Source: Ignavibacteriota bacterium (lineage in GTDB: Bacteria; Bacteroidota; Ignavibacteria; UBA10030; UBA6906). Taken from it: a stretch of DNA of 64,000 nucleotides. The stretch lies in contig JADJHP010000006.1 of NCBI GenBank assembly GCA_016707525.1, positions 184,817 to 248,816 of the forward strand, in the 5' to 3' direction. This document shows, one piece after another, positions 55,933 to 64,000 of this stretch. The number at the start of each line of letters is the position of its first letter. The first letter of the stretch is position 1. A program made the position numbers and the translations under genes. Under the pieces are notes generated by a model. That model was given only the letters and a program-made list of their open reading frames with translations, ran no database searches and was not told the DNA's origin.

Positions 55933-57159
55933 ATGAGTTCACCGCACGCGGTGCGGTCGCATATGCCGGGTTCTCTCGGTGCGGCCGCGCTCTTCTTGCT
56001 TCTCGCGTTACCGCTTCGTCCAGCGGTCGGAGGGCCTGACATGCTCTCCGATATCCTCAAGGAAGCGAAGCAGAAATTCGCCCCCGACCGCAGGACGGTC
56101 GTGTTCGACATTCAGCCCGAACCGAAGGGAAAGATCGTCGTGCTGCGGGGCGAGATCCACTCCATCGCGCTGAAGAAGGATCTCTTCGCGTTTCTTGCGC
56201 TGCACAAGGAATTCGTGTTCGAGGACAGCATCCAGACACTCCCCCAGCCGATCGTGGGCGACCGCACCAGGGGGGTGGTCAGCGTGAGCGTGGCGAATAT
56301 CCGGTCCAAACCGGACCACGCCGCGGAAATGGCGACGCAGGCGATCCTCGGCACGCCGCTCCGGATCCTCAAGAAAGAACACGGCTGGTACTTCGTGCAG
56401 ACACCCGATGATTACCTCGGGTGGACCGACGACAGGATCGAGATGATGACCCCGGCATCGTTCGAAGCATGGACGGCGAAGCCGAAAGCGATCGTGACAA
56501 CGGAGATCACGTTCCTCCATGCCGGCGATGACCCCTCTTCGGAGGTGGTCGGCGATGTCGTGGCGGGAGGGTTGCTTGCGCTCACCGGCGAAACCGAGGC
56601 GTCCTTCGCCGTGGAATTCCCCGACGGCAGGACGGCAGTTCTTCCCCGGAGCATGGGTACACCGTACATCGAATGGATCGCCAAAGCGAACCCCACACCG
56701 GAGAACATTCTGACGACCGCACGCCGCTTCTTCGGCGTCCCGTATCTCTGGGGCGGCACATCGGCGAAGGGCATGGACTGCTCGGGATTCATCAAGACCG
56801 TCTTCTTCCTGAACGGTGTCGTGATGCCGCGTGATGCCAGCCAGCAAGTGGATGTCGGCGAACCGGTCGACACCACCGGAGGCGTGGATCTGAAACCGGG
56901 CGATCTTCTGTTCTTCGGGTTCAAGGCGACGCCGGAACGGCGGGAGCGGGTGACGCATGTCGCCATCTCCCTCGGCGGCAAGCGATTCATCCATGCCTCC
57001 ACCGACGTCCGCGTGAACAGCCTCGCGCCGGTGGATACCGACTACAGCCAGCACCGCGAACAGATGTTCCTCCGCGCGCGCCGCGTGATCGGTGCACGCC
57101 CTGCGTCCGGGGTAAGGCCACTGAGAGACCTCCCTGACTATGGAGGCGGCCGTGAGTGA
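55933..57159 (+). CDS. NlpC/P60 (C40) peptidase with SH3b-like N-terminal domains (YkfC-like gamma-D-Glu-diamino-acid endopeptidase type)
   Basis: GVPYLWGGTSAKGMDCSGFIKTVF (catalytic Cys) and THVAISLGGKRFIHAS (His). Hydrophobic signal-like LGAAALFLLLALPL. The start is uncertain (ATG 55933 or 55963). Confidence 0.75.
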   Translation: MSSPHAVRSHMPGSLGAAALFLLLALPLRPAVGGPDMLSDILKEAKQKFAPDRRTVVFDIQPEPKGKIVVLRGEIHSIALKKDLFAFLALHKEFVFEDSIQTLPQPIVGDRTRGVVSVSVANIRSKPDHAAEMATQAILGTPLRILKKEHGWYFVQTPDDYLGWTDDRIEMMTPASFEAWTAKPKAIVTTEITFLHAGDDPSSEVVGDVVAGGLLALTGETEASFAVEFPDGRTAVLPRSMGTPYIEWIAKANPTPENILTTARRFFGVPYLWGGTSAKGMDCSGFIKTVFFLNGVVMPRDASQQVDVGEPVDTTGGVDLKPGDLLFFGFKATPERRERVTHVAISLGGKRFIHASTDVRVNSLAPVDTDYSQHREQMFLRARRVIGARPASGVRPLRDLPDYGGGRE

Positions 57160-58279
57160 GTCGTCGTCACGCCGTGACTTCCTTCGCATGATCTCGATCG
57201 CAGGTGCGGCCGCTGCGTTCCATCCGCGGGCACTTCCCTTTTCCTCCACTTTCACCGTCAATGACATGAAACTGACCTTCACGCCGTATACACTGGAACT
57301 CAAGCACACCTTCACCATTGCCACGAGTTCCCGCACCACCACGCCGGACATGATGGTTCAGGTGGAAAAGGACGGCATCATTGGCTACGGCGAAGCGTCC
57401 ATGCCACCGTACCTCGGCGAGTCCCAGGAATCGGCGAAAGCGTTCCTTTCGAAGGTGGACCTTACGACGTTCGCCGACCCGTTCGAGTTCGAGACCGTGC
57501 TGGCGTATGTGGACAGCATCGCCCCGGGGAATCCGGCCGCAAAAGCTGCCGTGGACATCGCATTGCACGATTGGGTGGGCAAGAAGATGGGCCAGCCATG
57601 GTTCCGCATCTGGGGGCTGGATCCGACAAAGACACCGGTGACCTCCTTCACCATCGGCATCGACACGCCCGAGGTGGTCCGCGCGAAGACCAAAGAAGCG
57701 GATATCTACAAGGTGATCAAGGTGAAGCTCGGGCGCGACACCGACAAGATGATGATCAACACCATCCGTGAGGTCACGGACACACCGATCTCCGTGGATG
57801 TGAACCAGGGCTGGAAGGACAAGACCATTGCCCTCGGAATGATCGAGTGGCTTGCCACGAAGAACATCCTGTTCGTCGAGCAGCCCATGCCGAAAGAGCA
57901 GGTGGATGATATCGTGTGGCTGCGCGAAAAGAGCCCGCTGCCCCTGATCGGTGACGAAAGCGTGCAGCGCCTGCCGGATGTCCGCAAGGCGTGGGGTGTG
58001 TATGACGGCGTCAACATCAAGCTGATGAAGTGCACCGGTATGCGCGAGGCACACAAGATGATCACGCTGGCCCGCGCACTGGACATGAAGGTGATGATCG
58101 GGTGCATGACGGAGACCTCGTGTGCGATCTCCGCGGCCGCGCAGCTCTCGCCGCTTGTGGACTGGGCCGATCTGGACGGCGCCGTGCTCATCAAGAACGA
58201 CCTCTTCGATGGCGCAACGATCGTGGATGGCAAGGTGACGTTGCCTGACAGGCCGGGGATCGGCGTCACAAAGAAGTAG
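57140..58279 (+). CDS. Dipeptide (L-Ala-D/L-Glu-type) epimerase of the enolase superfamily, with twin-arginine signal
   Basis: VIKVKLGRD and VNIKLMKCTGM (the two catalytic Lys contexts of YkfB/YcjG-type epimerases). N-terminus SSRRDFLRMISIAGAAAAF matches S-R-R-x-F-L-K. Overlaps the peptidase gene by 20 nt. Confidence 0.75.
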   Translation: MEAAVSESSSRRDFLRMISIAGAAAAFHPRALPFSSTFTVNDMKLTFTPYTLELKHTFTIATSSRTTTPDMMVQVEKDGIIGYGEASMPPYLGESQESAKAFLSKVDLTTFADPFEFETVLAYVDSIAPGNPAAKAAVDIALHDWVGKKMGQPWFRIWGLDPTKTPVTSFTIGIDTPEVVRAKTKEADIYKVIKVKLGRDTDKMMINTIREVTDTPISVDVNQGWKDKTIALGMIEWLATKNILFVEQPMPKEQVDDIVWLREKSPLPLIGDESVQRLPDVRKAWGVYDGVNIKLMKCTGMREAHKMITLARALDMKVMIGCMTETSCAISAAAQLSPLVDWADLDGAVLIKNDLFDGATIVDGKVTLPDRPGIGVTKK

Positions 58280-58339
58280 AGAAGAGTCCTGCTTCCTTTA
58301 CCCTTCACGTTCCATTCACCGAAAGGCCGAAGAGAGCGT

Positions 58340-59482
58340 ATGGCATCACAGCAGCGGTTGATCTCGTTGGACGCGTTCCGCGGGGCAACGATCGCCGGTA
58401 TGATCCTGGTCAATAATCCGGGGACCTGGTCGGCGATCTATCCGCAACTCCGTCATGCCGCATGGCACGGATGGACCTTCACGGATTTCATCTTCCCGTT
58501 CTTCCTCTGGATCGTCGGCGTCTCGATGACCCTCTCCTTCGCGCGTCGCGTGGAAGAGGGGGCCGACAAGCCGAAACTCCTCCTCCATGTGCTCCGGCGT
58601 GCGGCGATCATCTTCGGCCTCGGGCTGTTCCTGAACGGCTTTCCGTTCGGCCTCGCCCTGGGCCATGATTTCACCTGGGCGCACATCCGGATCCCCGGCG
58701 TGCTGCAGCGTATCGCGGTCTGCTATCTGATCGCCAGCACCATCTTCCTGTATTCAGGGATTCGCGGGCAGATCGCCTGGATCGTCGGATTGCTGACGTC
58801 GTACTGGCTTGTGACCGCACTCGTGCCGGTCCCCGGGTATGGCGCAGGCATCGTTGAGCCGACCGGGAACCTTGCGTGGTTCATCGATTCGAACCTGCTG
58901 GCAGGCCACACGTGGCGCGGAGCGCCGGTGCCGGGATTCGATCCCGAGGGCCTCTTCAGCACCATCCCCGCGATCGCTACGGCATTGATGGGCGTCATGA
59001 CCGGGCATCTGTTGCGCTCGCGTCTCACGGGCGAGGAGAAGACCGCCTGGATGTTCGTGGCGGGGAACTTCCTGCTCCTTGCGGGTGCCATCCTCGATAT
59101 GTGGTTCCCGATCAACAAGGCGCTGTGGACAAGTTCGTACGTCATCTTCATGGCAGGTTGGGCGAACGTCTGTCTTGCCATGTTCTACTGGCTCATCGAT
59201 GTGAAGGGCTATCGCACCTGGGCAACGCCGTTCGTCATCTATGGCATGAACGCCATCACGGTGTTCGTGCTGTCCGGACTGATCGCAAAGACCATGGGCC
59301 TCATCCGCTGGACGGCGGAGGACGGACAGAGGTATTCGGTCTGGTCGTACCTGTACCAGACGTTGTACGCCCCCCTGGGCAGCCCGATGAACACATCGCT
59401 CATGTTCGCGATCTCGTTCATCTCGATGATGTTCCTGGTGGTCTGGTTCATGTGGAAGAGAAAATGGTTCCTGAAGGTCTGA
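58340..59482 (+). CDS. HGSNAT/NagX-like polytopic membrane acyltransferase (DUF5009/DUF1624-type)
   Basis: RLISLDAFRGATIAGMILVNNPG..HAAWHGWTFTDFIFPFF. About 10 predicted TM segments. Confidence 0.65.
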   Translation: MASQQRLISLDAFRGATIAGMILVNNPGTWSAIYPQLRHAAWHGWTFTDFIFPFFLWIVGVSMTLSFARRVEEGADKPKLLLHVLRRAAIIFGLGLFLNGFPFGLALGHDFTWAHIRIPGVLQRIAVCYLIASTIFLYSGIRGQIAWIVGLLTSYWLVTALVPVPGYGAGIVEPTGNLAWFIDSNLLAGHTWRGAPVPGFDPEGLFSTIPAIATALMGVMTGHLLRSRLTGEEKTAWMFVAGNFLLLAGAILDMWFPINKALWTSSYVIFMAGWANVCLAMFYWLIDVKGYRTWATPFVIYGMNAITVFVLSGLIAKTMGLIRWTAEDGQRYSVWSYLYQTLYAPLGSPMNTSLMFAISFISMMFLVVWFMWKRKWFLKV

Positions 59483-59502
59483 CACAACACGGGGTCGGCA
59501 TC

Positions 59503-61233
59503 ATGTCACGCATCGTCATAGTGATCGGACTGGTGATGGGTATGTCTCTTCAATCGATGAACGCACAGGAGCCTGCTGCGGTCCTGAAGGAGATCCAGCG
59601 TCTCGAACAGCAGTACGGCGGGCATCTCGGCGTGATGGCGAAGAACCTTCGTACGGGCGAGGTGATCCGGTACAACGCCGAGGAACGATTCCCGACGGCA
59701 AGCCTGATCAAGTATCCGGTGATGGCAGCGTACTTCAAGGCTGTCGCGGAAGGGCGCGTGAAGCCCGACATGTCCATCACCCTCACGGCGGACGACAAGC
59801 GTCAGGGGTCGGGTGTTCTGGAAGGCCTCGATACCGGCGCGGTGATTACGCTCCGCGATGCCGTGCGGCTGATGATCATTCTCAGCGATAACACCGCAAC
59901 GAACCTGGTGGTGGACCGGCTGGGGACGACACACGAGGAACGGCTCGCATATGTCAATGATATGATGAAGAGTGTGGGGCTGAAGAACACGCGGTTGCTG
60001 AACAGGCTCTACTCCTGGAAGACGAAACAGCGGACCCCGGAGGGCATCCGGTACGGCATCGGCGTGTCGACGCCGGAGGACATGGTGACGCTGTCGGAAG
60101 CGCTGTACCGTCGGACACTGGTGAGCCCCGGGGCCTCGGACGACATGCTGTCGATCCTGAAAGCGCAGTTCTACGACGACATGGTCCCGCGGTTCCTCCC
60201 TGCATCGTCGTGTGCGAGTTTTGCGGTGGCGCACAAGACCGGATTCGTGCAGGAAACCAAGACGGATGCCGGGCTGGTGCTGTCGGACAAGCTGGACATG
60301 GCGATCGCGATCTTCATCGACAAGCATCCGGACCATGGCGAAGGCATCAACAATACGGGGATCCTTCTCGCGGGCTACGTCGCGCGGGCGATCTGGAACC
60401 ACTTCACCGGCATGACGGGGTATGACAACGGTCCGGTGGCGACGTCGCATGTGGACTGGAACATGATGCCGGGTGGCAAGTGGGGAATCTGGCGGTCAAC
60501 CGCGGCGCCATTCCCGCATCCCGACCGGGCGAACGGATTGACGAAGAAAGATGGTACGCACTATCCCGCGTATCCGCATTACATGGACAGCAGCATCGTG
60601 GTCTTCGTACCGGAGGGCCTGAAGCCCGGGCCGGACGGGGTGAACCTGATCATCCACTTCCACGGGCACGGCAACGACAATATGAACGTCCTCGAGCGGT
60701 ACATGTTGCCGCAGGCTCTCGGGGATGAGAAGATCAATGCGATCCTCGTGCTCCCGCAGGGGCCGTATCGCGCGCGGGACTCGTTCTGCGGAAAAATGGA
60801 GGATCAGGGCGGGTTGCGGCGCATGGTCGAGGATGTGCTCCGGACCATGCAGCGGGAAGAGGTCATTCCGGAAGCACGGGTCGCGAAGATCGTGCTTTCC
60901 GCACACAGTGGCGGGTACCGGCCTGTGGCTTTTTGCCTCGAAAAAGGGGAGATGAGCGCTTCGATCACGCACCTCTTTCTTTTCGATGCTTTCTATGGTA
61001 ACTTTGAGTTCTATAAGGCCTGGCTGGAAAAGGGCACGGGCATGATCGAGACCGCCTATACGGAGCATCTGGCCCGGGAACATACGGATTTTGGGGATTC
61101 CCTGGCCGCGCCGCTCCGCGCGCGGTTCCATGCGGTCCCGACGGAGGTCGAGCACGACGCGGTGCTCGGGGCGTTCATCCACCCCTGGCTGTCGCGGCTT
61201 CCGGTTGAGTTCAAAATTACACCAACACACTGA
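59503..61233 (+). CDS. Fusion protein: class-A beta-lactamase-like serine hydrolase + C-terminal alpha/beta-hydrolase-like domain
   Basis: Signal MSRIVIVIGLVMGMSLQSMNAQ. Motifs SLIK (SxxK), SDN and HKTG. The C-terminal half has IIHFHGHG and LSAHSGGY (nucleophile-elbow-like). The listed ORF start 58876 overlaps the previous gene and is rejected. Confidence 0.7.
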   Translation: MSRIVIVIGLVMGMSLQSMNAQEPAAVLKEIQRLEQQYGGHLGVMAKNLRTGEVIRYNAEERFPTASLIKYPVMAAYFKAVAEGRVKPDMSITLTADDKRQGSGVLEGLDTGAVITLRDAVRLMIILSDNTATNLVVDRLGTTHEERLAYVNDMMKSVGLKNTRLLNRLYSWKTKQRTPEGIRYGIGVSTPEDMVTLSEALYRRTLVSPGASDDMLSILKAQFYDDMVPRFLPASSCASFAVAHKTGFVQETKTDAGLVLSDKLDMAIAIFIDKHPDHGEGINNTGILLAGYVARAIWNHFTGMTGYDNGPVATSHVDWNMMPGGKWGIWRSTAAPFPHPDRANGLTKKDGTHYPAYPHYMDSSIVVFVPEGLKPGPDGVNLIIHFHGHGNDNMNVLERYMLPQALGDEKINAILVLPQGPYRARDSFCGKMEDQGGLRRMVEDVLRTMQREEVIPEARVAKIVLSAHSGGYRPVAFCLEKGEMSASITHLFLFDAFYGNFEFYKAWLEKGTGMIETAYTEHLAREHTDFGDSLAAPLRARFHAVPTEVEHDAVLGAFIHPWLSRLPVEFKITPTH

Positions 61234-61245
61234 CTACGGAGTCCC

Positions 61246-63603
61246 ATGGCTGCACACATGTATGATACGGCTTCCACTGTTGAATCCTATGAACTGAGCA
61301 AGACCGGGCGGTCGTTCCTGTATCCGCCGACGGAAAAGATCAAGGTCATCGAGGTTGAGAACTTTCCTCTGCTGGGGAAGCTGACCGCATTCCGGTTCAT
61401 TGAGTGGGTCCTGAAGAATCCGGACGGTGTGATCTCCCTTCCGACGGGCAAGACCCCCGAGCACTTCATCAAGTGGGTGATGCGCATTCTGGAGCGCTGG
61501 GACCAGGCCGATATCAGGACGCAGTGCGAAGCGTACGGGATCCCGACGGCACGCCGGCCGGTGATGGACGGCCTGCGGTTCGTGCAGATCGATGAGTTCT
61601 ATCCGATGGACGCGACGCAGCAGAACAGCTTCAACTGGTATGTGAATGAACTGTACCTGAAGGGGTTCGGCCTCCGTCCGAAGAACGCCCTGCTCATCGA
61701 CGCGACGAGCCTCGGCCTTCCTCCGGGTGTGTCGATGCAGGAGATGTTCCCGAACAACATCGTGGACCTTTCGCTGCGCGTGCGGCAGACCCGCACCAAC
61801 CTCGAACGGCGGCAGAAGGAAGCCATCAACCGCGTCGATGAATTCTGCATGGACTACGAGAAACGGATCCATGAGATGGGCGGGATCGGCTTCTTCCTCG
61901 GCGGCATCGGTCCGGACGGCCACATCGCCTTCAACGTCCGCGGTTCGAGCGTATTCTCGGTGACGCGTCTTACCGGGACGAACTATGAGACCCAGGCGGC
62001 GGCGGCATCGGACCTCGGCGGCATCGAGATATCGCGCAGCCGCCTCGTGATCACGATCGGCCTTGCCACCATCACCTACAACCCCACGGTCACGGCGATC
62101 GTCATCGCGGCCGGCGACGCGAAAGCGCCGATCGTTGCCGATGCGATCGAGAACAAACCGAGTCCGCAATACCCGGCGTCGGTCCTCCAGAGCATCGAGG
62201 GCGGACGTATGTATCTGACCAAGGGTGCGGCGAGCCGGTTGGTGGAGCGGCGGTTCGAGGATTTCCGGAACAAGCCGGAGGCGACCGCTGCCGACATCGA
62301 TGATATCGTTGTGCAGCTCGCCGTGCACCAGGGCAAGCGCGTGACGGAACTGCAGACGGAGGATTTTGCGGCCGACCGGTTCGCATCGGAACTGCTCACG
62401 AAGTCGGGCCAGCAGGTCCCCGCGCTCGTCCATGGCGTTGCCGAACGCCTCGTTGCCAAGATCGAGCGCGGACTCGCTCCGGTGAAGGAGACCGTGTTCC
62501 TGCACACCGAGCCACATCACGACGACATCATGCTTGGCTATCTTGCGCATATCTATCATCTGGTGCGCGACCCCAGCAATAAGCACTACTTCGCCAACCT
62601 GACGTCCGGCTTCACCGCGGTGTCGAATCCGTTCTGCCATTCGGTCGTGCGGAATCTCCTGCCGTATCTGGAGAGCCCGAAGTTCACCCAGATGCTGAAG
62701 GATGGCTACTTCAATCCGAAGAGCGCACCCAACAAGATGGAGGACGTGTTCCTGTATCTGGATGGCGTGGCCGCGAACAACGTGGATATGAAGAATGAGG
62801 GACAGGCGCGCCGGATGCTGCGCAACCTCATCGAGGTCTACAACACCAGCGACATGCGTGTGTTGCGTCTGCGGGTGAGGGACATGGACGAGTACTTCAG
62901 CACCCAGTATCCCGGTGCGAAGGATCCGCCGGACATCCAGCTGTTCAAGGGCACCATCCGCGAATATGAGGTGGAACTCCTCTGGGCGTACTTCGGCATC
63001 GATGCGTCCGCGATCTCGGCGCTCCGCCTGGGCTTCTACAAGGGCGATATCTTCTCCGAAGAGCCCGAAGTGGACCGGGACGTGATCCCGATCTATCAGC
63101 TCATCAAGAAGGTCAACCCGACCGTCGTCTCGGTCGCCTTCGATCCCGAAGGGAGCGGCCCGGACACGCACTACAAGGCGCTGCAGGCAGTGGCCGAAGC
63201 GTTGAGGATGTACGAGAAAGAGACCGGCAACACGAACATCCGGGTCTGGGGCTACAGGAACGTGTGGTACCGCTACCGTCCCTCCGAGGCGGAACTCCTG
63301 ATCCCCGTTTCGCTGAATTCGTTGTCGCTGCTGCATACAGCGTTCATGAATTGCTTCGGATCGCAGAGTGCCGCCTCCTTCCCGAGCTACGAGCATGATG
63401 GGCCGTTCTCGGAACTCGCGCAGCAGATCCAGGTCGGACAATACGATATGATGAAGACCTGCCTCGGCCACAGTTATTTCCAGAAGCATCCCCATCCCCG
63501 CATGCGCGCATCACGCGGCATGATCTTCTTGAAGGAGATGGAACTGGCCGAGTTCTATGAGAAGGTCCGCGAACTCAAGAAACTCACCGAAGCAAAGGAC
63601 TAA
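61246..63603 (+). CDS. nagB: Long-form glucosamine-6-phosphate deaminase fused to a PIG-L/LmbE-like deacetylase domain
   Basis: LPTGKTP and GGIGPDGHIAFN (NagB motifs). Downstream LHTEPHHDDIMLGY (PIG-L HxDD motif). 785 aa. Confidence 0.75.
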   Translation: MAAHMYDTASTVESYELSKTGRSFLYPPTEKIKVIEVENFPLLGKLTAFRFIEWVLKNPDGVISLPTGKTPEHFIKWVMRILERWDQADIRTQCEAYGIPTARRPVMDGLRFVQIDEFYPMDATQQNSFNWYVNELYLKGFGLRPKNALLIDATSLGLPPGVSMQEMFPNNIVDLSLRVRQTRTNLERRQKEAINRVDEFCMDYEKRIHEMGGIGFFLGGIGPDGHIAFNVRGSSVFSVTRLTGTNYETQAAAASDLGGIEISRSRLVITIGLATITYNPTVTAIVIAAGDAKAPIVADAIENKPSPQYPASVLQSIEGGRMYLTKGAASRLVERRFEDFRNKPEATAADIDDIVVQLAVHQGKRVTELQTEDFAADRFASELLTKSGQQVPALVHGVAERLVAKIERGLAPVKETVFLHTEPHHDDIMLGYLAHIYHLVRDPSNKHYFANLTSGFTAVSNPFCHSVVRNLLPYLESPKFTQMLKDGYFNPKSAPNKMEDVFLYLDGVAANNVDMKNEGQARRMLRNLIEVYNTSDMRVLRLRVRDMDEYFSTQYPGAKDPPDIQLFKGTIREYEVELLWAYFGIDASAISALRLGFYKGDIFSEEPEVDRDVIPIYQLIKKVNPTVVSVAFDPEGSGPDTHYKALQAVAEALRMYEKETGNTNIRVWGYRNVWYRYRPSEAELLIPVSLNSLSLLHTAFMNCFGSQSAASFPSYEHDGPFSELAQQIQVGQYDMMKTCLGHSYFQKHPHPRMRASRGMIFLKEMELAEFYEKVRELKKLTEAKD

Positions 63604-63605
63604 CT

Positions 63606-64000
63606 ATGCGTTGTCTGATCGCTGTCCTGCTCGCCGGGCTTGTTCTCCCGGCGAGCGGACAGATCCGCGTCGTCTCCACGGAACGGCTTCCCCTCCCTGT
63701 GGACCGTGTCTGGAGTGCCCCCCAGTTCTCACCAGATGGAACAACGATCTTTGTGACCACCGCCGGCTACAGGGGGATCTGGCGATACACCCTCTCCACG
63801 CGGTCGCTTGAGCAGATCTGTGATGATGCGGGGGCGGGGTACGGCTTCTCGGTCTCACCGGACGGCAACCGGGTCGCCTACCGGCGCACGCTGGAAGGGA
63901 CGTCCATGAACCGCCGCGTGCAGGAAGTGGTCGAGGTGGAGCTTTTGTCCGGCGAACAGGTGGTGATGGCATCCGGCCGTGATCTGCCGACGCCTGTCTA
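63606..64000 (+). CDS. Secreted TolB/PD40-like beta-propeller protein, 3' end cut by window edge
   Basis: My own translation of frame 3 from ATG 63606, open to the window end: MRCLIAVLLAGLVLPASGQ.. ..FSPDGTTIFV.. ..VSPDGNRVAY... This ORF is not in the supplied track because it has no stop. Confidence 0.55.
   Translation, partial: MRCLIAVLLAGLVLPASGQIRVVSTERLPLPVDRVWSAPQFSPDGTTIFVTTAGYRGIWRYTLSTRSLEQICDDAGAGYGFSVSPDGNRVAYRRTLEGTSMNRRVQEVVEVELLSGEQVVMASGRDLPTPV

Noticed and set aside
58876-59502. N-terminal 209 codons of the 785-aa ORF 58876..61233
   Set aside because: They overlap the HGSNAT-like membrane protein gene in another frame and have an R/G/H-rich translation. A signal peptide and the beta-lactamase-like domain begin at ATG 59503.
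63557-63972. Track ORFs 63557..63811 (+, 84 aa) and 63604..63972 (-, 122 aa)
   Set aside because: Both are R/P-rich and overlap a better frame-3 ORF from ATG 63606. That ORF has a signal peptide and PD40-like 'SPDG' repeats and runs off the window end.
1-64000. Mobile elements, prophage, defence systems (restriction, toxin-antitoxin, CBASS-like) or a biosynthetic gene cluster
   Set aside because: I scanned all long ORFs on both strands. I recognised no integrase, transposase, recombinase, nuclease/helicase/ATPase defence modules, PKS/NRPS or phage structural motifs. The only repeat families are the REP-like palindromes and the paralogous cassettes.

Overview
GC-rich (not computed), densely coding bacterial chromosome segment. 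Eight proteins end in the canonical type IX secretion (T9SS) C-terminal sorting domain ('..QNYPNPFNP..'), which points to the FCB group. Unlike Bacteroidia, many genes have AGGAG-type ribosome-binding sites and TTGACA/TATAAT-like promoters. An Ignavibacteriota-, Kapabacteria- or Rhodothermota-like lineage is inference only. Left to right: a truncated zinc metalloprotease, an EamA transporter, a receiver-only response regulator coupled to a class-V aminotransferase, and a pbpC / thioester alpha-2-macroglobulin pair. Next come LiaF-like membrane proteins and a short asparaginase-like protein. A roughly 40-kb region of outer-membrane and secreted proteins follows. The window ends with a peptidoglycan and amino-sugar salvage cluster: GHL10 hydrolase, NlpC/P60 peptidase, Tat-signal dipeptide epimerase, HGSNAT-like membrane acyltransferase, beta-lactamase-like/hydrolase fusion and NagB-PIG-L fusion. 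The most unusual structure is three collinear paralogous three-gene cassettes (A 20850-28374 +, B 39228-31676 -, C 44260-50577 +). Each encodes a CarboxypepD_reg/TonB-dependent-receptor-like barrel, then a large secreted protein with a divergent CTD-like tail ('VVPNPY..'), then a PorV/PorQ-like barrel. None has a SusD partner. I cannot assign this triad to a characterised system from memory, so it is the main candidate for something undescribed. Three genes are broken by single-base frame shifts at homopolymers (C4, CCCGGG, G8); these may be assembly errors, pseudogenes or phase variation. There is also a family of GC-rich palindromic REP-like elements, and a duplicated 3' module (CTD plus palindrome) shared by two cargo genes. 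No rRNA, tRNA, CRISPR array, transposase or integrase was recognised. All functional calls come from motif recognition by eye; no searches were run.
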